From Ruditapes philippinarum (lineage: Eukaryota): a DNA stretch of 64,000 bases. Below, piece after piece: positions 24,850-40,237 of the stretch. The DNA is taken from assembly GCF_026571515.1 (NCBI RefSeq), contig NW_026864100.1, positions 62,001 to 126,000 of the forward strand. Direction: 5' to 3'. Both the position numbers and the translations under genes were made by a program. Within the stretch, counting starts at the first letter, position 1. Every line of letters starts with the position of its first letter. A model generated the notes under the pieces. That model made no database searches. It was given only the letters and a program-made list of their open reading frames with translations, and was not told where the DNA came from.

Positions 24850-27800
24850 TGCTATGAATTCATTATAAATCAGGAATATATTTGATAATAAAACAACTAT
24901 CTATGCACGAATATTTAGCATATTTAGAAAAATACAAAAATAGCTTTACGAACCTAATATACACATTTGAAAATAATTTGTGGATTTTATGAGTCAACGT
25001 TTAAACTAAACGATATCTTGACATACACGCCCATTATTATTAAACAATTGATATTTTGTTTTTGTTTTCAAAAAGTCCTTGTCGTTTCTGTAGAACATCT
25101 TCATTTTTTGCGACAATTTAAAATATTCAGTCTCAAAAGGAAGCTTCTTTAAATTACAAAACTTCCATGAAAAATGGAAAGGGAAACAGACAAGCAGAAT
25201 ATCCTGAGAGGAGATTATAAGAATGTTGCTTGTAACCGTTTTTACAATGAGCTTACACGACCAGTGTAGCTATAAATATAATTTTGTTGGAAAAAGTCTT
25301 GTCAAAGGTAATCCAAGAAGCAGTGTCATAGAGACAGCATGTGAGAATTTTAATGAAACTCAACAATACCTGTAGACTTTACTTCAGAAAAGCAATTTAT
25401 CTTACAATAAGATAGTAATGAACCTTTACGATACCTGACATTTATCCCTGACGTTGATATATATAAAAAGTCCTGTATTGCCAAAAGATGTTCAGAAACT
25501 GTCAGCAACCAGTCTTCCATTGCCAAAATTAATGCAACCAATGCAAAGAAACATTTGGGATTGGAATTATGTTTGTATGACCCACACTTCTTGGCCCTGT
25601 CGTACGGTTCTTTTGTCTTCTCGCTTAGCATTTTTGTTAGAAATAGCTTCTGTATTATTTAATATATTTGTTGATTAAATAAACAGTGTCGTTATATTTT
25701 ACCTTTTAACCCTATTTCTTAAACAACAATAATAACCAATAAACAAAGAAACATATATGGAAGAGGGAAACAAACAACATGACAAATGTTTTACAAAATT
25801 TCACATCTTATCAAAATAGAAATAATAACATTGTATACGTGTATTTATGTACTCTCTTAATTGAATTAGACTTGACGTTTGTAAACATATTTTCTTTTCG
25901 AACGCAAGCGTGAAATTGGAAAAGTAAAATCAATATTTCAAGAGCGAATTTGAATAAAACCTTGCAAATGGATAGTTAGTTCTTAGTAATGGTTCGTCTT
26001 TCGACGAATCAAAACTTCATTTCACACTTAAACGGATAAAGCATTTTAGAATACTAACATGTCAAATTGATTGTAAATATCTTGCAAAACATTCAAACTT
26101 TCATTACCATTTGACTATTGTTAACTTTGTACAAATTAAGAGATGTTTTGGAATAATATCTTGACGTGTTATTTGTAGTTCCTGTGGTTAGAAAGTACTT
26201 TAGCTAAGGTGCTATCGTGCTTTTTTTAATCCCCTATAATTAATTATTCTATGTTTTGTTTTAAAGTGAGAAAATGATAACATACCCAAGGTTATAGATC
26301 TAATGACAGAAGAAAAAAAACGTTGCTTGATAGTTTTACACCGTTTAGATATAAATATTACAAACCATGTAGTTTTACACAATCTCTTGGACATTAAATA
26401 ACTAAAATAAGTTATGTTTCCTTGATAAAGACAGTTGAGTGTATGTGCAAAAAAAAAATAGTCGTGTGCTTCTCTGTCTTGTAGACAGTCTCTAATGTTA
26501 AACCTAATGCTTACTCACTTTACGGTGAATCATTCCCTATGAGGTGTTATCTGTGTTACACTAGTTCAGATATATACCATCATTCCACTTTGGAAATATT
26601 TTATTTCATCATAAAAGAAGAAAAAGCTTCATTATGTATCACGTTTGAAAGGACGTTCCGAACATTTGGCTCCGGTGCCTATTAAGCCGGTAAGGGATAT
26701 TGTACTTTATCGTTATCCCACATGTGCAAAATCAAACAAAGTCTGCAATTTTCATGTCATTTAGTTGTGATTAATGCTTCCAAGGGATCACTTATCTTCC
26801 AGAATTGTATAAGTGATTAAATGTCTGCAAAGCAATCCCATATAATGCTATGTGCATGTCAAATACCTCCGTTCGGTATACAGGATCATTCACGTTCTAA
26901 AATGATATATAAATGACGTAAAATGCAAGCATACATAGCGTTGAGGTTTACTTAACAGAATATATCAGTTTACAAAATTTTAACTGATTCACTTATTACA
27001 GAATTATTTGCTCAAACTCATAGTTTTGTAAAAGAATTGGTCTACAGACCGGAAATATTCAAGCAATCAAATTTCAATTAAAAATCAATAATGTCATTGA
27101 AATATAGATGGGAAGTTCTGATTTTATTTCTTTTAAAAATATATAATGCGCTACGTGTATATATCTACTACTTCAATTCTTGTTTAAAATTTTAAAAAAG
27201 GATGAAAGAAATATATTACTAAAGTTTATAAAGATAATCCACAAAATAGTTTCATACCATTAAATACCTTTAAAAATAAAAAAGGGTTCTTTCGTCCGTA
27301 AGAATTTTTTCAAACATGTTAGTAATCAGAAGATACATAGAGTATAACTGTGAGGTTAAAATTACTACATCTAGACATAATATTCTACAAAATATTGCTA
27401 GTAACAATGACCTAAAGTATTGGTGGAATGATAAAAAAGAATCCTTCGACTGGTGGTTTGAGAAGAATTAATCAAACTTGCTTTCATAAATCATTTTATA
27501 CCTTACATTGATGTGTCCAAACAGCCGAATTGTTATTTATAAGGAACGACTTTCCCAGGAGACAACCGTATATAAAGGAAATGAATAAAATCAGTACTAT
27601 ACATATACATTAATTTCTGAACCTCATTTCTGATGCTTCTTCTTAGCAAGACACGTGATACATTGTTGTATAAAGGACTCGAATTGATACGTCTGTCTGG
27701 GGTATATCTATATCAATACTCGACCTGGACGAACAGTACAAGAACCCATATTTTAATGCGAACTAAGTGCAAAGTAACATAATATATAACTTTCAATGCG

Positions 27801-27979
27801 TTGATTAATCCTTATATATATAACCTAACATGGATGCAAATTCCTAATGGTTTCTTTGATAATTATTAAGAACACTTATGTGTTTAAAAACATTTTGCGA
27901 TCTTCTTTATATAACATTGACATATAGTGTTAACAACATGTTTTTTTGGGTCGTGTGCAAATAACGATGTCGTTTTGAG

Positions 27980-29170
27980 ATAATTGGTTTTTATATGATT
28001 TCACATTATTTCAACTAGACTTTCCAAATGACAGGAAGCCATCAGCATATAAACAATTACTTCAAATGTCAAATAAATGCCGAAATGACCAACTGCGTAC
28101 ATTTAAACAACATAGATGACAATGTGATAGGCAATGCAAAAATTACTCCTGCTGCATGAGATTTCTGCATTTTCATCTCATCTACAAAGAAGTGTATATC
28201 TAAATAACGTGTGAAACTGGTTTAACCAGTCCATTTAACCTAGTGCTCGTATAAAAGTAGACATGATATTTTAGGTAAAGTAGGGTGAGTTAACAGTACG
28301 TTTTTAAATAAACGAGTTGTCATTGTCACTACTTTACTTGTCTACATTAGAACTAAAAGAAACAAAACATGAATGTAAATTATAGCTATTTCATGCAATG
28401 TAGTTTCTAATGATAGCCGGATATATATCATTTATCAACATTTTGTTCTAATATAATTGAAGCTCATTCCTGAAACACAATAATAAAATCACGTATAATT
28501 ATCTATTTTTACAGTTTTCTCATCACCTGATACTTGTATAATGTTACAAGAATCAATGTCAAAACAATTAACATCACATTTAAGGCAAACGTATTACTAT
28601 AATTGAAGTTGCCCTGATTAAAAAAAAAAACAAGTTAATCTAGTTATGTTATTGGTATTTTGATATTCTCGTATTAATATTAATTTGAAGCTCAATCACA
28701 TGTCTTATAAATATGCGATTATATATCAAAGCTTTTTTAATCAACATTAAATACATTAAGATTTTTATAATTATCATAAGTAATTGTAGTTTTAAAGTGT
28801 ATGTTACACCACATTAGAACCGATTGCAATAATTAATTTTTCATGTTAATGACATGATTTTCTTGTTATATTTGCGTTGATTAAAATTTTACATTAAAGA
28901 TACAATATTTTATTGCACATTCACCATTTATTGTCCATATTTAGCTTTTGCATTCAAAAACAGTAAGTTAAATATTTTCAATGAGGACAGTATAGTCATT
29001 TCAATATCCTATGCTGAAAATTTCACATCGTCAAATTTCTACACTTAATTTTGCTGAATACGGTAAGGTGATTGACACCGACGAGAATCCGTATGATGTT
29101 TCTTATAGTACGATTTATTGTAAAAATGACTTCACAATAGCAGCAAATGGACCTTTATCTATTTTAACAA
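27980..29170 (+). repeat. Older diverged duplication, paralog of ~33620-34810
   Basis: Ordered shared anchors: aatgacaggaag, gaaactggtt..aacctagt, gctcattc.tgaaacacaataa, aaggcaaac, tagca.caaatg..ctttatct. Confidence 0.75.
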
Positions 29171-29199
29171 CAAATTAAATATGTTAACGTAATAAACAT

Positions 29200-29425
29200 A
29201 ATGACTAGTTACGTAACTAGTTAACCTCTTAATTAACTTGTTAGTTATCAGGTTAACTAGTTAACCTCTTAATTAACTAGTTAGTTATCAGGTTAACTAG
29301 TTACGTAACTAGTTATCCTCTTAATTAACTAGTAAGTTATCAGGTTAACTAGTTATGTAACAAGTTAACCTCTTAATCAACTAGTTAGTTATCAGGTTAT
29401 CTGTTGGCAGAAATATGCCACCATA
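29200..29425. repeat. 40/51-bp minisatellite with palindromic TAACTAGTTA cores, ending in a MITE-like right terminus
   Basis: About 4 units of taactagttaacctcttaattaactagttagttatcaggt; terminal GCCACCATA (29417-29425) is the reverse complement of TATGGTGGC at 50092-50100. Confidence 0.8.
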
Positions 29426-32400
29426 CCAAAGCGATGGCGGTAATAATTCTATTCAAAACAACAAGGGTAACCATATGTTAGGAGATAGCTTAAAAAAGAT
29501 TTACGTGTTTCAACTTGATCCTTTTAAAACCATAAAAGCATATAATTTGCCAGTATACGTAAATATATGGTATTGTTAACTTAACGTAATGTTTTGTAAA
29601 ATAAAACAGTATTCATTTAACCCATTTAAACGTTATCGGTCTGTTATATTTATTAAAGTTATAAATACTTGTATAACTATCCTGAGACGAACACCATTTA
29701 TATATCACTTAATCATTCTCTGAATTTATGTTGATAAGTCAAATTATATTTTGAACTCGACACACCAGTAAAGTATGCGTGCCACGCTTTAAGCTAATGT
29801 TGTCGCACTGCATTTCCCATTTTTCTATAGATAAAAAACATGAAACAGCGACTGAGAAATATATACCAATGAAAATAGTTCAATATAGTATCATTGGTTA
29901 AAGGTCTTTGAAGCACAATGTTATATTAAGGCAAAATAGTTTTGTTGAAGCGCTCTAATGTTTCATTGATCAATGTCGAAGCAATTTTCTGTTTCATTCA
30001 CGGCAAATATTAAACGAGGTGTAATTGACTTGGACTATAAGATATTCATCTTGTAAAACTTAAGCACTCAATGTTTTCTATAAAATAATACATGCCATTT
30101 TAGTTAATTAAGAACAATTGATCAACTCAGCGGCATAATGTATAGACGTGTTTTTATCCTAACTTATAAATAGCTTATTGGTGTTAACAGTTTGAATATC
30201 ATTTTTAACGAATTTGAACTAGTATTTTAATTTATGAAAGTTGTTTTAATTTCATATTACTCAAGATCAATTCTGATCTCACAGAATGAATAATATACTG
30301 GCTACTATTTCTTACAATTATCATTTTTGAACATGTATACGTTCGTTTAGTTTTTTCTGCAGCACACGTCTATCGTTACAATATAACATGAAAGTCAAGG
30401 TAATTATGCTTGTTGAATATAGCAAAGGACTTGTCTTGAAATCTATGTATCTGTTCGCCAGAATATGGCACAGAATCAGCATGCACTCCTCTTAACTACT
30501 CGTTAAAAAGAAGGCAAAGGCAAATAGAGTAAAACAACGAAAATATATCAAACAAAAACATACACACCAAATAACATTGTTTTTCATGTTACCAATTATC
30601 AAAATTGTTTGATGTTACCGCCTTTTAAGTTCTCTATAACTACAGTTACTATTAATAATTAGTTAATTCATCTTTCACTCAAGTGGCGGTATCTAACAAT
30701 CTGATATATGCATTTAATTTATTTATCCACGTAAACGTTTGTTGATGAGCTCTAATGCATGTAATAGACAAGTATAATATTTCCGGATCGTTCTATATTT
30801 TCTAAAAACTGTATCAAATGAATAAGGATTATTAATATATAGATAATTACTTTTAGAAAACATGCATTAGCAAATTATTCAGACACATATTCTACATAAT
30901 GCTCTTCCAAAAAAGTTTAGAATAAGAGGGCAGGTAGCTTTTTAAGTCAGATGTATATTCGTAACTTTAAACAATCTTCTCTCTGTTATCAACATTTTGG
31001 ATACGAAAAAACTATTGTAGTTGTGCATTGTTTTTTGGTTTTTTTATTCTTGTTTTTATTGTTCGTTTGTTGTTGTTGTTCTTTGGATTTAACATAACAC
31101 AAATAAAAAATATTGCCTAATCTCTCACTCTCTAAGCTATGTATTCAGATTTTCTATACTGTCCCTCATTTAAGTAATTTCAAATAGTAAAATTCAGATG
31201 TCTAGATATTTCTCATGTTTTCCATTTTCTAATTGCAGACAAATGCATGAATTCTATAAAATCCATTATTCACACATAATGAAACAACGATTGTTGATGC
31301 AATTCATCTACTGTTTTGCCTTGTAGAATATCGCCTTCTTATGGAATCATAAAACTAGAAATAATTTCTGAAAAGCTTGAAACATGTTTAATACTTAGTT
31401 AAAATATTTTGAAAATCATAAGCTTTGAATACACGATAGTTTGTATTTTATCATTTTGTTTGAATATTTGGTATCGATATACGCGATTTTATTTATGATA
31501 ATAAAAATATTGCATTTAATTGTTACTAAAACCTACTACTTACATGGGCTTTCACAAGTTTATACCTTCAACAATTTGATTTATATTGAAAAACTCGCTG
31601 GGGTCCTATTTAAACTCTTATTTCCGATAGTATATACGGTGTATGTGTTTGTATATGTCCGGAACAAAGTCATGTTTTATTCTATAAATTTATATTTATA
31701 TCAATTTTTCACTGGAAGCTCTTTGTGAGCACCGTAGAATACAAGCTTACCTTCTAAAATTTCATTTGAGTTGTGATTTAATACCCTCGTTGGTTCAGAT
31801 CTCATATTTAACTGTCTATTTATATTGTATAGTATTTTTGATCGTTTTCATCGTTTAAAATGTCGATTCTTTCTTCATCGTATATAGGTATGATGTTATG
31901 GCACAGCTTGAATTGTTCATAGCTAAATATGTATATGGTCATTGCATTCTCTTTCTACTCGCTCAAACGTGCACTAGTCAAGGTTGACAACGTGCTCCGG
32001 TCTTTGAAATGACTCTTTTTAAATCATTTAACACAGAGTTTTAGAGTTCCTGCATGTTGCTTTGGAGTACAAAATTAAGGACAACCTAATAATAGAGTGA
32101 TTGATTGGTGTTCTACAGGCAGTGAAGAAAAATTTCACTGAAATATTCTTCTATTGTACATGTATGAAGCAAGGGACTCAGAATCTGTAACTTTTAACAA
32201 TGAATATTGTAGAAGTTTTTTTAACAAAATTGCCGTGGATTAAGGAGACTTCATCAATCATATCAGTTTTTGTATAACAGTTTGCACTTGGCTGCAACAC
32301 CGCAATTCAAAACATGTCAGTTGATTCATAGGAATAATGTCACGTTTGTAAATCTTTCAAGCTAGTTTAATTATCATTCATTGAAATTCGTTTCTTTGAG

Positions 32401-33619
32401 AATTATTCTAATTCAAACTAAGTAATGTTTAGTTTAAGATGTATGAAACGTCAATTATGTAAATACGCACACCTATATACTTTGAAAGGTCTTTTTGTAA
32501 TGATGCAAAAATTTTATGTTAGCTATTAAACAGTTTTCTATCTACGATTATTTTGTTTGTGTATTCTTATTTGTAAACTTTCATGCCATTCCAAAGAAAT
32601 AATGTGAAATTAGATTTATAAATAGCCTCATTGAAATTCTGTTTAAAATATCTCTCGGTGAAGTACGATTTATTTATTACAATATCAAAAGAAAGTTTTA
32701 CTGACTAGTTCGGTTTCTTTATCTGCTATTTTGTTATATTTGCTCTAAATATATCCTATCTCTTAGCTATATAGAAAACACTCACATTGTCTTGTTTTAA
32801 TACTTGTCTATTTATTACAATGTAAGTCTTATTATACGTGACTTAGGGCTGTCTATTTATTCGTGTTTTGTTATAACAAGGAACAAAGTCGCTTTTTTAA
32901 TTTAAAAAAAACCCACATTTTTGCAGTATTTAAGTATTAACTGTTCAGTCGTTTTTTCCCGATTTATTTTTCTAACTAGCAATCCTTTTACATTAAATCA
33001 ATAAGATTACAGTTGATATATTTCTATCACCCATTACATGCAGTTAGATTTAAAAGAATTGTTGGACGAAAAGTTGTTCCATACATGTAGCTAGGTATCC
33101 TTAGTCTTATAGATCAAATAAAGAAAATGTTGCCTCTTTAAATATTTTGCATAGCAACGGTTCCACTGAAAACTTTGTCGACGCTTCTGTTAGAATACTA
33201 AAGCAATCGTTATTATTATTAAGCTTTTACAATTATCCGACGGTATGTTAGTTATAAAGGATGACTACTCTTAGAAACCTTTAAAAATGTCACATGAAAT
33301 CGTTACCTATTAATTGATTTTATGACCTTATTCCTTATATTTCTGTGGGAAGGATGTTCTGTAATATAGCAGGCTTTCCAAGATTCCTTTTTTTGTAATA
33401 ATTGAGTATGCCGTCGTGATATACTTTGCGTTTGATTTATTGTTATTTATATATAACAGAAAAGTAAAATTATTTTGCACCTAAGCAATTTCCTACTTGA
33501 CTTTGATAGTTACATCGTTTTAAGAACGCTTATTTATGCTCAACAGTTTCGGTAAAAGAAAAACATTAAGCAACCATTGACTCTTTGATAGTATGCTAAT
33601 GAAGCCATTTTTGACCAAA

Positions 33620-34810
33620 AATGTTGATATCATACTATTTCAATCAGATTTTCCTAATGACAGGAAGTTATTAACATTTGATATGATTACCTAAGATATC
33701 ATCTACATATTATCACAATAACAAATTAGGCTAAACCAACAAACAAGATGAAAATGAAAAACATAACATCCCACAAAGGATCTTTGTCGAAAATTCTTAA
33801 TTACGTGAGAAACTGGTTGCTTTTGCATTTACATGTAACCTAGTACACGATTTAACAAATCGACATAACATTTAAGCTCGCAACACTTCACTTGTCTTTG
33901 TCTTTGCATTACAAAAACATGAACAAAAGACAAGATATTCTGAGAAATGTTCCAATCAAAATACCTGATAAAAAGATTGCTATCATACGCTCATTCTTGA
34001 AACACAATAATTAAATTACGTAAAATTGTTTTATTTTATGTACTTAATATGTTTTAGGAGTCAAAACAACTAATATCTCATTCAAGGCAAACATAATACT
34101 GTAATGAAAATGCGTTGATTAAAATCACTGATCTTTTAAAATTAGCACTGCCATTTGTATCTAAATATGTTCATAGATTAACAAGCAATTTAAAGATTTG
34201 AATCTCAATTATTCGAAAGTGTAAAAAAGCTTATAGCTTACAACACAATCGAATAAGAACAAATTCGTATAAACTAATCTCAATTAATTAACCAAATTAA
34301 GACGTAGTTAATAGTCAATGTTTATTTTCGATCACCATGAAACATAGAAATTTGATATGTAAATTGATATTAGCAATTCTAATAAATTATGTTGGAAATG
34401 TATGATTTACCACATTATGTATGACGTTAATGTTGATTTATTGTCTCACAAGGATTGAACGTTGGCGTTGATTAAAACACACCTTTTCATTTAAACAATA
34501 TTTTTTGTGCTTTTATCTTTTAAATTAGATTTCTCTAGGGTAGCATTAATATAATTACATTTTGTAATGATATTCGATATTGAGGTATTGCAAACAAAAG
34601 CAATAGATTTAACTCCAGTACTTACAGTAAAGATTGGATCATTTGAGGATATAATAAATAATTCTCGCAGTCAATTATGTGCGCTGCATTCTTCCTAATT
34701 ACAAGAAGATTGTCAATGTCATTTATGCGTTGATGTTTCCAAAAATAATATTTAATGTAGACATAACTTTCAAACATAGCAACAAATGCAGCTTTATCTT
34801 TTTATCAAAA
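33620..34810 (+). repeat. Older diverged duplication, paralog of ~27980-29170
   Basis: See paralog anchors. Confidence 0.75.
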
Positions 34811-35390
34811 ATAGACAAGTGAACCTAAAATATTACCGTTTCTTTGTTTGTTTGTTTTTTGTTGTTTTTGTTTTGTGTGTTTGTGTATTTTTGTTTGATT
34901 TTGTAATACTTCTATTATCGAAAAATTAGTCTTTAGCACAGAAAACAACATCTACTAAAGAATGGTAAATAGTTTATTTATGCATCTCTACGTTAATCAG
35001 TTTGACATTAGTAGCACACTTACAATCATGTGTGTAGATGGTGCCAAGGCATGTTGTGATTATACCAGCTTTTAACAGGTCAATGCCTTCTTTTCTATAA
35101 ACACAGTGTCATAGTGATTCAAATTTGTTCTAAACACCGCATCTAAAATATATTTGATTACATCGCTTACGTCAAATTCAATGATCTGGTAAATAGGAAT
35201 TTTTACGGCCTATTATATTTAAAGGAAATAAATATAAATATAATATGACAAATTTTGTCATTACTTGATCATTTTCTGAACTTCGTTTTATGAGCCATGT
35301 TATGTTTTCAGCTCGATATATCAATAAAGTAGGTATTCGAGAATCAAAATAGATAAATTGACCCAAGTTAAGTATAAATTAGGTCTGAGA

Positions 35391-35394
<4 letters not shown>

Positions 35395-35424
<30 letters not shown>
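35395..35424. repeat. (TAT)n microsatellite
   Basis: Seen directly. Confidence 0.9.
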
Positions 35425-35425
<1 letters not shown>

Positions 35426-36899
35426 TTACACAATAAAACAACGATATGGTTTAAAATGATATGAACTGGTTCCAAAATGAAGACTGTTTTCTCTTTAAAA
35501 AAAAAGAAAATCTTTGTTGTGATTGAAGTAACAAGATGAACTAAATTACATCTAACACAGCAAACACATTTCATGCTTAAATGCATTCAAACTTAAATCA
35601 TCAATTTGAATATTAAAATCTGTGTTCCCGACTGGTAGTCTCAATTTCAGACGAATTTCTCATTTCACATAAAATTTATAGTAAAATTATCACTTCAAAG
35701 ATCACCGTTAGATGTATTAATTTTTTCAAACAAAAATCATGAATGATCGCTTTCTTAATAAATAGAACAAACAGTTCTAGATGAGAAAAGGTTGACACCA
35801 TGTCGAGCTTTTGTCCGAGAAATGGGTGGAAATATATATAAGGTTATCCGAAGCGCCAGTCTCGTCCGCCATTTTAAAAATTGTCGAAAGAATATAATAC
35901 ATTTTTATTGCTTTGAAAATTACTGTAATAACCGAAAGTGATAGAATTGACGTTTTTAACGTAATTGTCATTTTAGTATTACAACTTGTTAAAGCATTGG
36001 CATTGATCATTAAAATTAGTTTTGCACCAACTGTGTTTATTTATAGGGGTAATGACGTTTAATTATTCAGGCGAGTTTAATTTTGCATTCAATGAAAGTG
36101 GTATTTTAATTAAAGGGACAATTATAAAGGAAACATTTTATGATATTTCAATAGCTTCTGTTAAAAGTGGCGGTACATTCTCTTGAAAGAGACATTGTTA
36201 TATATTATTGAAAGAAACATGAATTCATTTCACAAGGGACGAATTACATGTAAATAAACAAATAATGAAAACAGAAACAAAACAGATATATCTTCATATC
36301 TCCGACGGATAATTGCGTAAGAGTCAGTACTATAATGGCAGAGGGAGATATCTAAATATACGAACTTTAATGACACGCTGCATATATTGTTTGAAGAACT
36401 GCATAATGATAAGTTAAAGATGTATGAAACATCAATAATGTAAATTCGCAGACGCTTATTATTTATTTTGAAAGGTCAGATGTAATGGTGTAATCATTTT
36501 AAATCCATCTTAATATGTAAGACGCTAAATGGGTTTTCATCTTGATTGGCATTTTATGCAAGTTTATAAACTTAGGCAGCCTTATGTTCTATTCGTTTTT
36601 AAGTGAGCCCTTGGGCAACTGATGCAAGGCAAGAGCATTGAATAAATGTAATATTGCTAATCATAGCTTGTAACGTGTCAGCTATCATCTAAAAATGCTT
36701 CGCATTTACAGGAAAATACAAATAATGATATTTGATAATATTTCAGCTTGAGTAGGGTTGTATTTGAATTACACTAGTGTTTTAGTATACATGTACCGTA
36801 ATCTGTGTAAGGTTTGACGTTAAAAATATAATTTCTTTCCATTCAGTGTCAGTCTACGTCTGAAATAACAACAATATTGCAGTAAAATAACACTTGATA

Positions 36900-37305
36900 T
36901 AACAAGAGCTGACCGTAAGACAAAGCGCTCGACAATCATAAGTAATTGATTTAAAAGATAAAATCAGGTCATAAAACTATTCAAAGTTTCCAAGCAGCTT
37001 CTAAAATGAAAAGGAAATTTGAGGAGTTGCAAATATTCATAAAGGCGAGAAATATTGTCAATATCTTTGAAAGAGTTACTTCGTTTTGCCCGGAAGTAGA
37101 TATGATGCTTAGTTGCAGGTATTTAATGTTTCAAAGTAATACCTGAAAAGGTATAGTGGATGCATAATAAGTTTGGCAAAATTCATCACAGAGTTTTTTC
37201 ATCTTGCTTAAAAGTTTGTATGACGGTTATAAAGTCAAGGCAATGAATTAAAAGTAGTGTGGTACGAACAAATAATCAATGTATGACCCCGACACCTGGG
37301 TTATA
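36900..37305 (-). mobile_element. Degenerate Helentron-type non-autonomous element (HINE); paralog at ~50637-51042
   Basis: AACAAGAGCTGACCGTAAGACAAAGCGCTCGAC end motif and internal gtttcaaagtaatacc core typical of mollusc Helentron-derived repeats. Confidence 0.55.
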
Positions 37306-37321
37306 TCTTAAATATAAATGG

Positions 37322-37480
37322 TTTCACGGCCGAGTGGTTAACGCGCCGGACTAACAATCTAGGATTAAACCCCGTTAGGGGCAAGTCGTTGTTTGCATAA
37401 GCCAAAAATACATTCTTCGCTTAGTATTGATTGGTTCCAACTATACATTTGAGAGTTTTTGCACTAAGCTTAAAGCTTCC
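37322..37480 (+). mobile_element. Degenerate tRNA-derived CORE-like SINE; paralog at ~51065-51230
   Basis: A-box ggccgagtggttaacg; degenerate B-box; in the paralog ccttaagcaagaaact...tgctcagta...ttccag core. Confidence 0.65.
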
Positions 37481-39375
37481 GGGATAAAAACTCACAGAGC
37501 GCTACTTCTATTTCTGAACCGTGTTGAATATTACTTAACATTCAAACTTGCGTCAAAATAACGGTTATAACAAGGCAAAGAGCCAAGTAAAATGTCAGAA
37601 ACTAGTACGATAAGACAATATGTTTGTTTTCACAGTGATCAACTAAAATGCTACATCTGGCATGCATTACTGTATACGAGGGATATTTTAGATTTACGCG
37701 CCACTTGTTCAAGTCAGATAATATTCATGATTTCTTTATTAAAACTATATCTGTAAAAAGGACAAAGATTCGTTTATTTGATTATAAACTATAACTGTTT
37801 TTAATAATAATTCACTCAAAAAGTTCATAGGCTTCGAATTTGCATTGCATACAGAGGCAAATCCATTAAAAACTTTTTAGCGTGCCAGCTATATGCGCAT
37901 TATTATGTTTGCTTAGGATATGCATGTGCTGATTGTAATGTGCGTAATTGTTAAAATCTGTAATTTTGTAAAGAATATATATAGCGCTTGTAATATGAAG
38001 TTAAAATAAATGTTATTGAATATACGGCTTAATTGTTGACAATTCTGTAAACCTTGTATATTCCGCGTTTAAATAAAAATACCATGATGATCAGTATTAT
38101 CTTTGTTTTATCGAGCATTTTGCTAAAGAGAATTCAAAGAGGCTTGTAAATGTACTTAAGCATTTTCGATTTTAAATCAAAAATAATTATTACAATATGC
38201 TATTAGCAATATATTTCACATGTGATGCGCTAAGTGTAAAATAACGCACTTTTTAAATACGCTTTCATTTTTATCTATTTATTATTTAAAGCCATTGGTT
38301 ATGCATCTATTACAATTTTATCCCTTACAAACAAAACTCTCAAGACCATTGTAACAGCTTTTGCAATTGATTCACCGACAACTTTTTAAAACACATATGC
38401 CGTTATATTAATATATGCCTTCAAGATAGCCAATTTATTAAGTTAGATAGCACAAATGATGATTTCTCAAAAATTTTATAATTATTTAAAAAAAAAAAAA
38501 GATAAATAAATATATACAGTGTAGTATACAGAAGAAAATAACTGCAGACAGAATCAACCTTCAGGTTGGTTTTTGATACAAAATATTTACATGACAAAAT
38601 AAAACTTAAATCCTTCAAAGGAAACCAATTGTCTACGAACGGACAGATAGACGAACGAACGACGCCACACCTTACTTCGTCCCGAAATTTTTTCTGGTCT
38701 ACAATGTAAAATCAACAGCCTCGTAGGCACAAAATATAAAGAATTGAAATTTTATCTATAGCACTCTTGCTACAAACAGTATTTCATATTTATTCACTTT
38801 TTCGTGTTTTCTGTTAAGAATGTATCATTTTCATTTAGTAAAATTATATGAATTGTGATAAAAGATATTTGCAAATAAAAATGATAACTGGCATTGTCCA
38901 TAAGAATTATTTTAAAAGATTACTGAAATATAAGTCAACAAAAGTGAAATATACTATTAAAAGGTTGTAAAGGTATTCGAAACGAAACATAAAGAGAACA
39001 AATCATGTCGTTTCATCGCAATTACTAGTATTTCCATTTTTATTGGTTCAACAAACAGCTGTGAGTAAATGAAACTGTCTATTCAGCGAACGCGCCATTT
39101 ATTTCATACAAACCATTAGGTCTGAAGATGTTTTTACTAGGGAAAAACCTAAGTGAAGCATACAGTATGTTTTGTTGAAGCCAATTTTGTTAATCATATA
39201 TGTTGTGTCTGGTTTATTAATAATTACATTCTAAAATTATCTTATTCCTTGGCATTTCCTTTATCAATAAAAAGTTGAAACAAGCTTATGTTTTGTAATT
39301 ACTATTGTACTGCTTTTTTATTTGATTTATACTTCTATTAGAGAGAATTGACTGGAATAATTGATTTTAAATAAT

Positions 39376-40237
39376 ACAAGAGCAATGTCAACATGGCGAT
39401 CCCCCGCCGAATGGGTTTGCTCATTGGAAGAATGTATATGTAGTAGAGCAGAATAATTCAATTTTAAGAGGTCTTTTGGTAATGAAAACTAATGGCTGAA
39501 GTGATTACAGATTTGAAACCTATGTGAATACTGATGGCTGAAAATAACAAAGGGCAATAACTGAAAAATAATGCAGGGTAGGTTATCATTCTTGTGTGCT
39601 GCACCCCTCCTCAGTAAAATCTATCCACCTATGAAGTTTCAAGTTGATACCTCAAATACTTTTTGAGATAAGCTCCGGACAAAATAATATGAAAAAGAAC
39701 AAAGGGCAATAACTCAAAAATAATGTAGGGAAGAGTTATCATTCAATAAGATCTATTCACCTATGACATTTCATGTTGACGTCTCAAACACTTTTGAGTT
39801 ATGCTCCACTCAGGTGAAAATTTAAGTATGAAAAAAACAAAGGGCAATAACTCAAAAATTATGAAAGGTAGAGTTATCATTCTTGTGCACTGCCAGCTCC
39901 TGAGTGAGATCTATGCACCTGTAAAGTTTCATGTTGATATCTCAAAGGCCTTTTGAGTTATGCTCTGGACAAAAATTAATTTTGAAAAAAACAAAAACAA
40001 AGGGCAATAACTCAAAAATTATGCAGGGTAAAGTTATCATTCTTATGCACTGCACTCCTTCTCAATGAGGTCTATCCACCTATGAAGTTTGAAGTTGATA
40101 CCTCAAATACTTTTTGAGATATGCTCCGGACAAAAATGTCGGACGGAAGGACGGACGGGCGGACGGACGGAAGGAAGGACGGACGAACGGACGTAGACTA
40201 TTTCTATATCCCCCGCCGCCTTTTCGGCGGGGGATAA
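39376..40237 (-). mobile_element. Helentron-associated interspersed element (DINE-1/pearl-like HINE)
   Basis: ACAAGAG end; subterminal ATCCCCCGCC at ~39399 and ~40208 with inverted GGCGGGGGAT at ~40226; four ~150-bp core repeats (aacaaagggcaataac); (GGAC)n microsatellite at 40141-40193; no TSD. Confidence 0.88.

Noticed and set aside
29200-29400. CRISPR-like periodic repeats (also 44127-44234 and 8540-8640)
   Set aside because: No unique spacers, no cas genes, eukaryotic context; these are plain tandem repeats.
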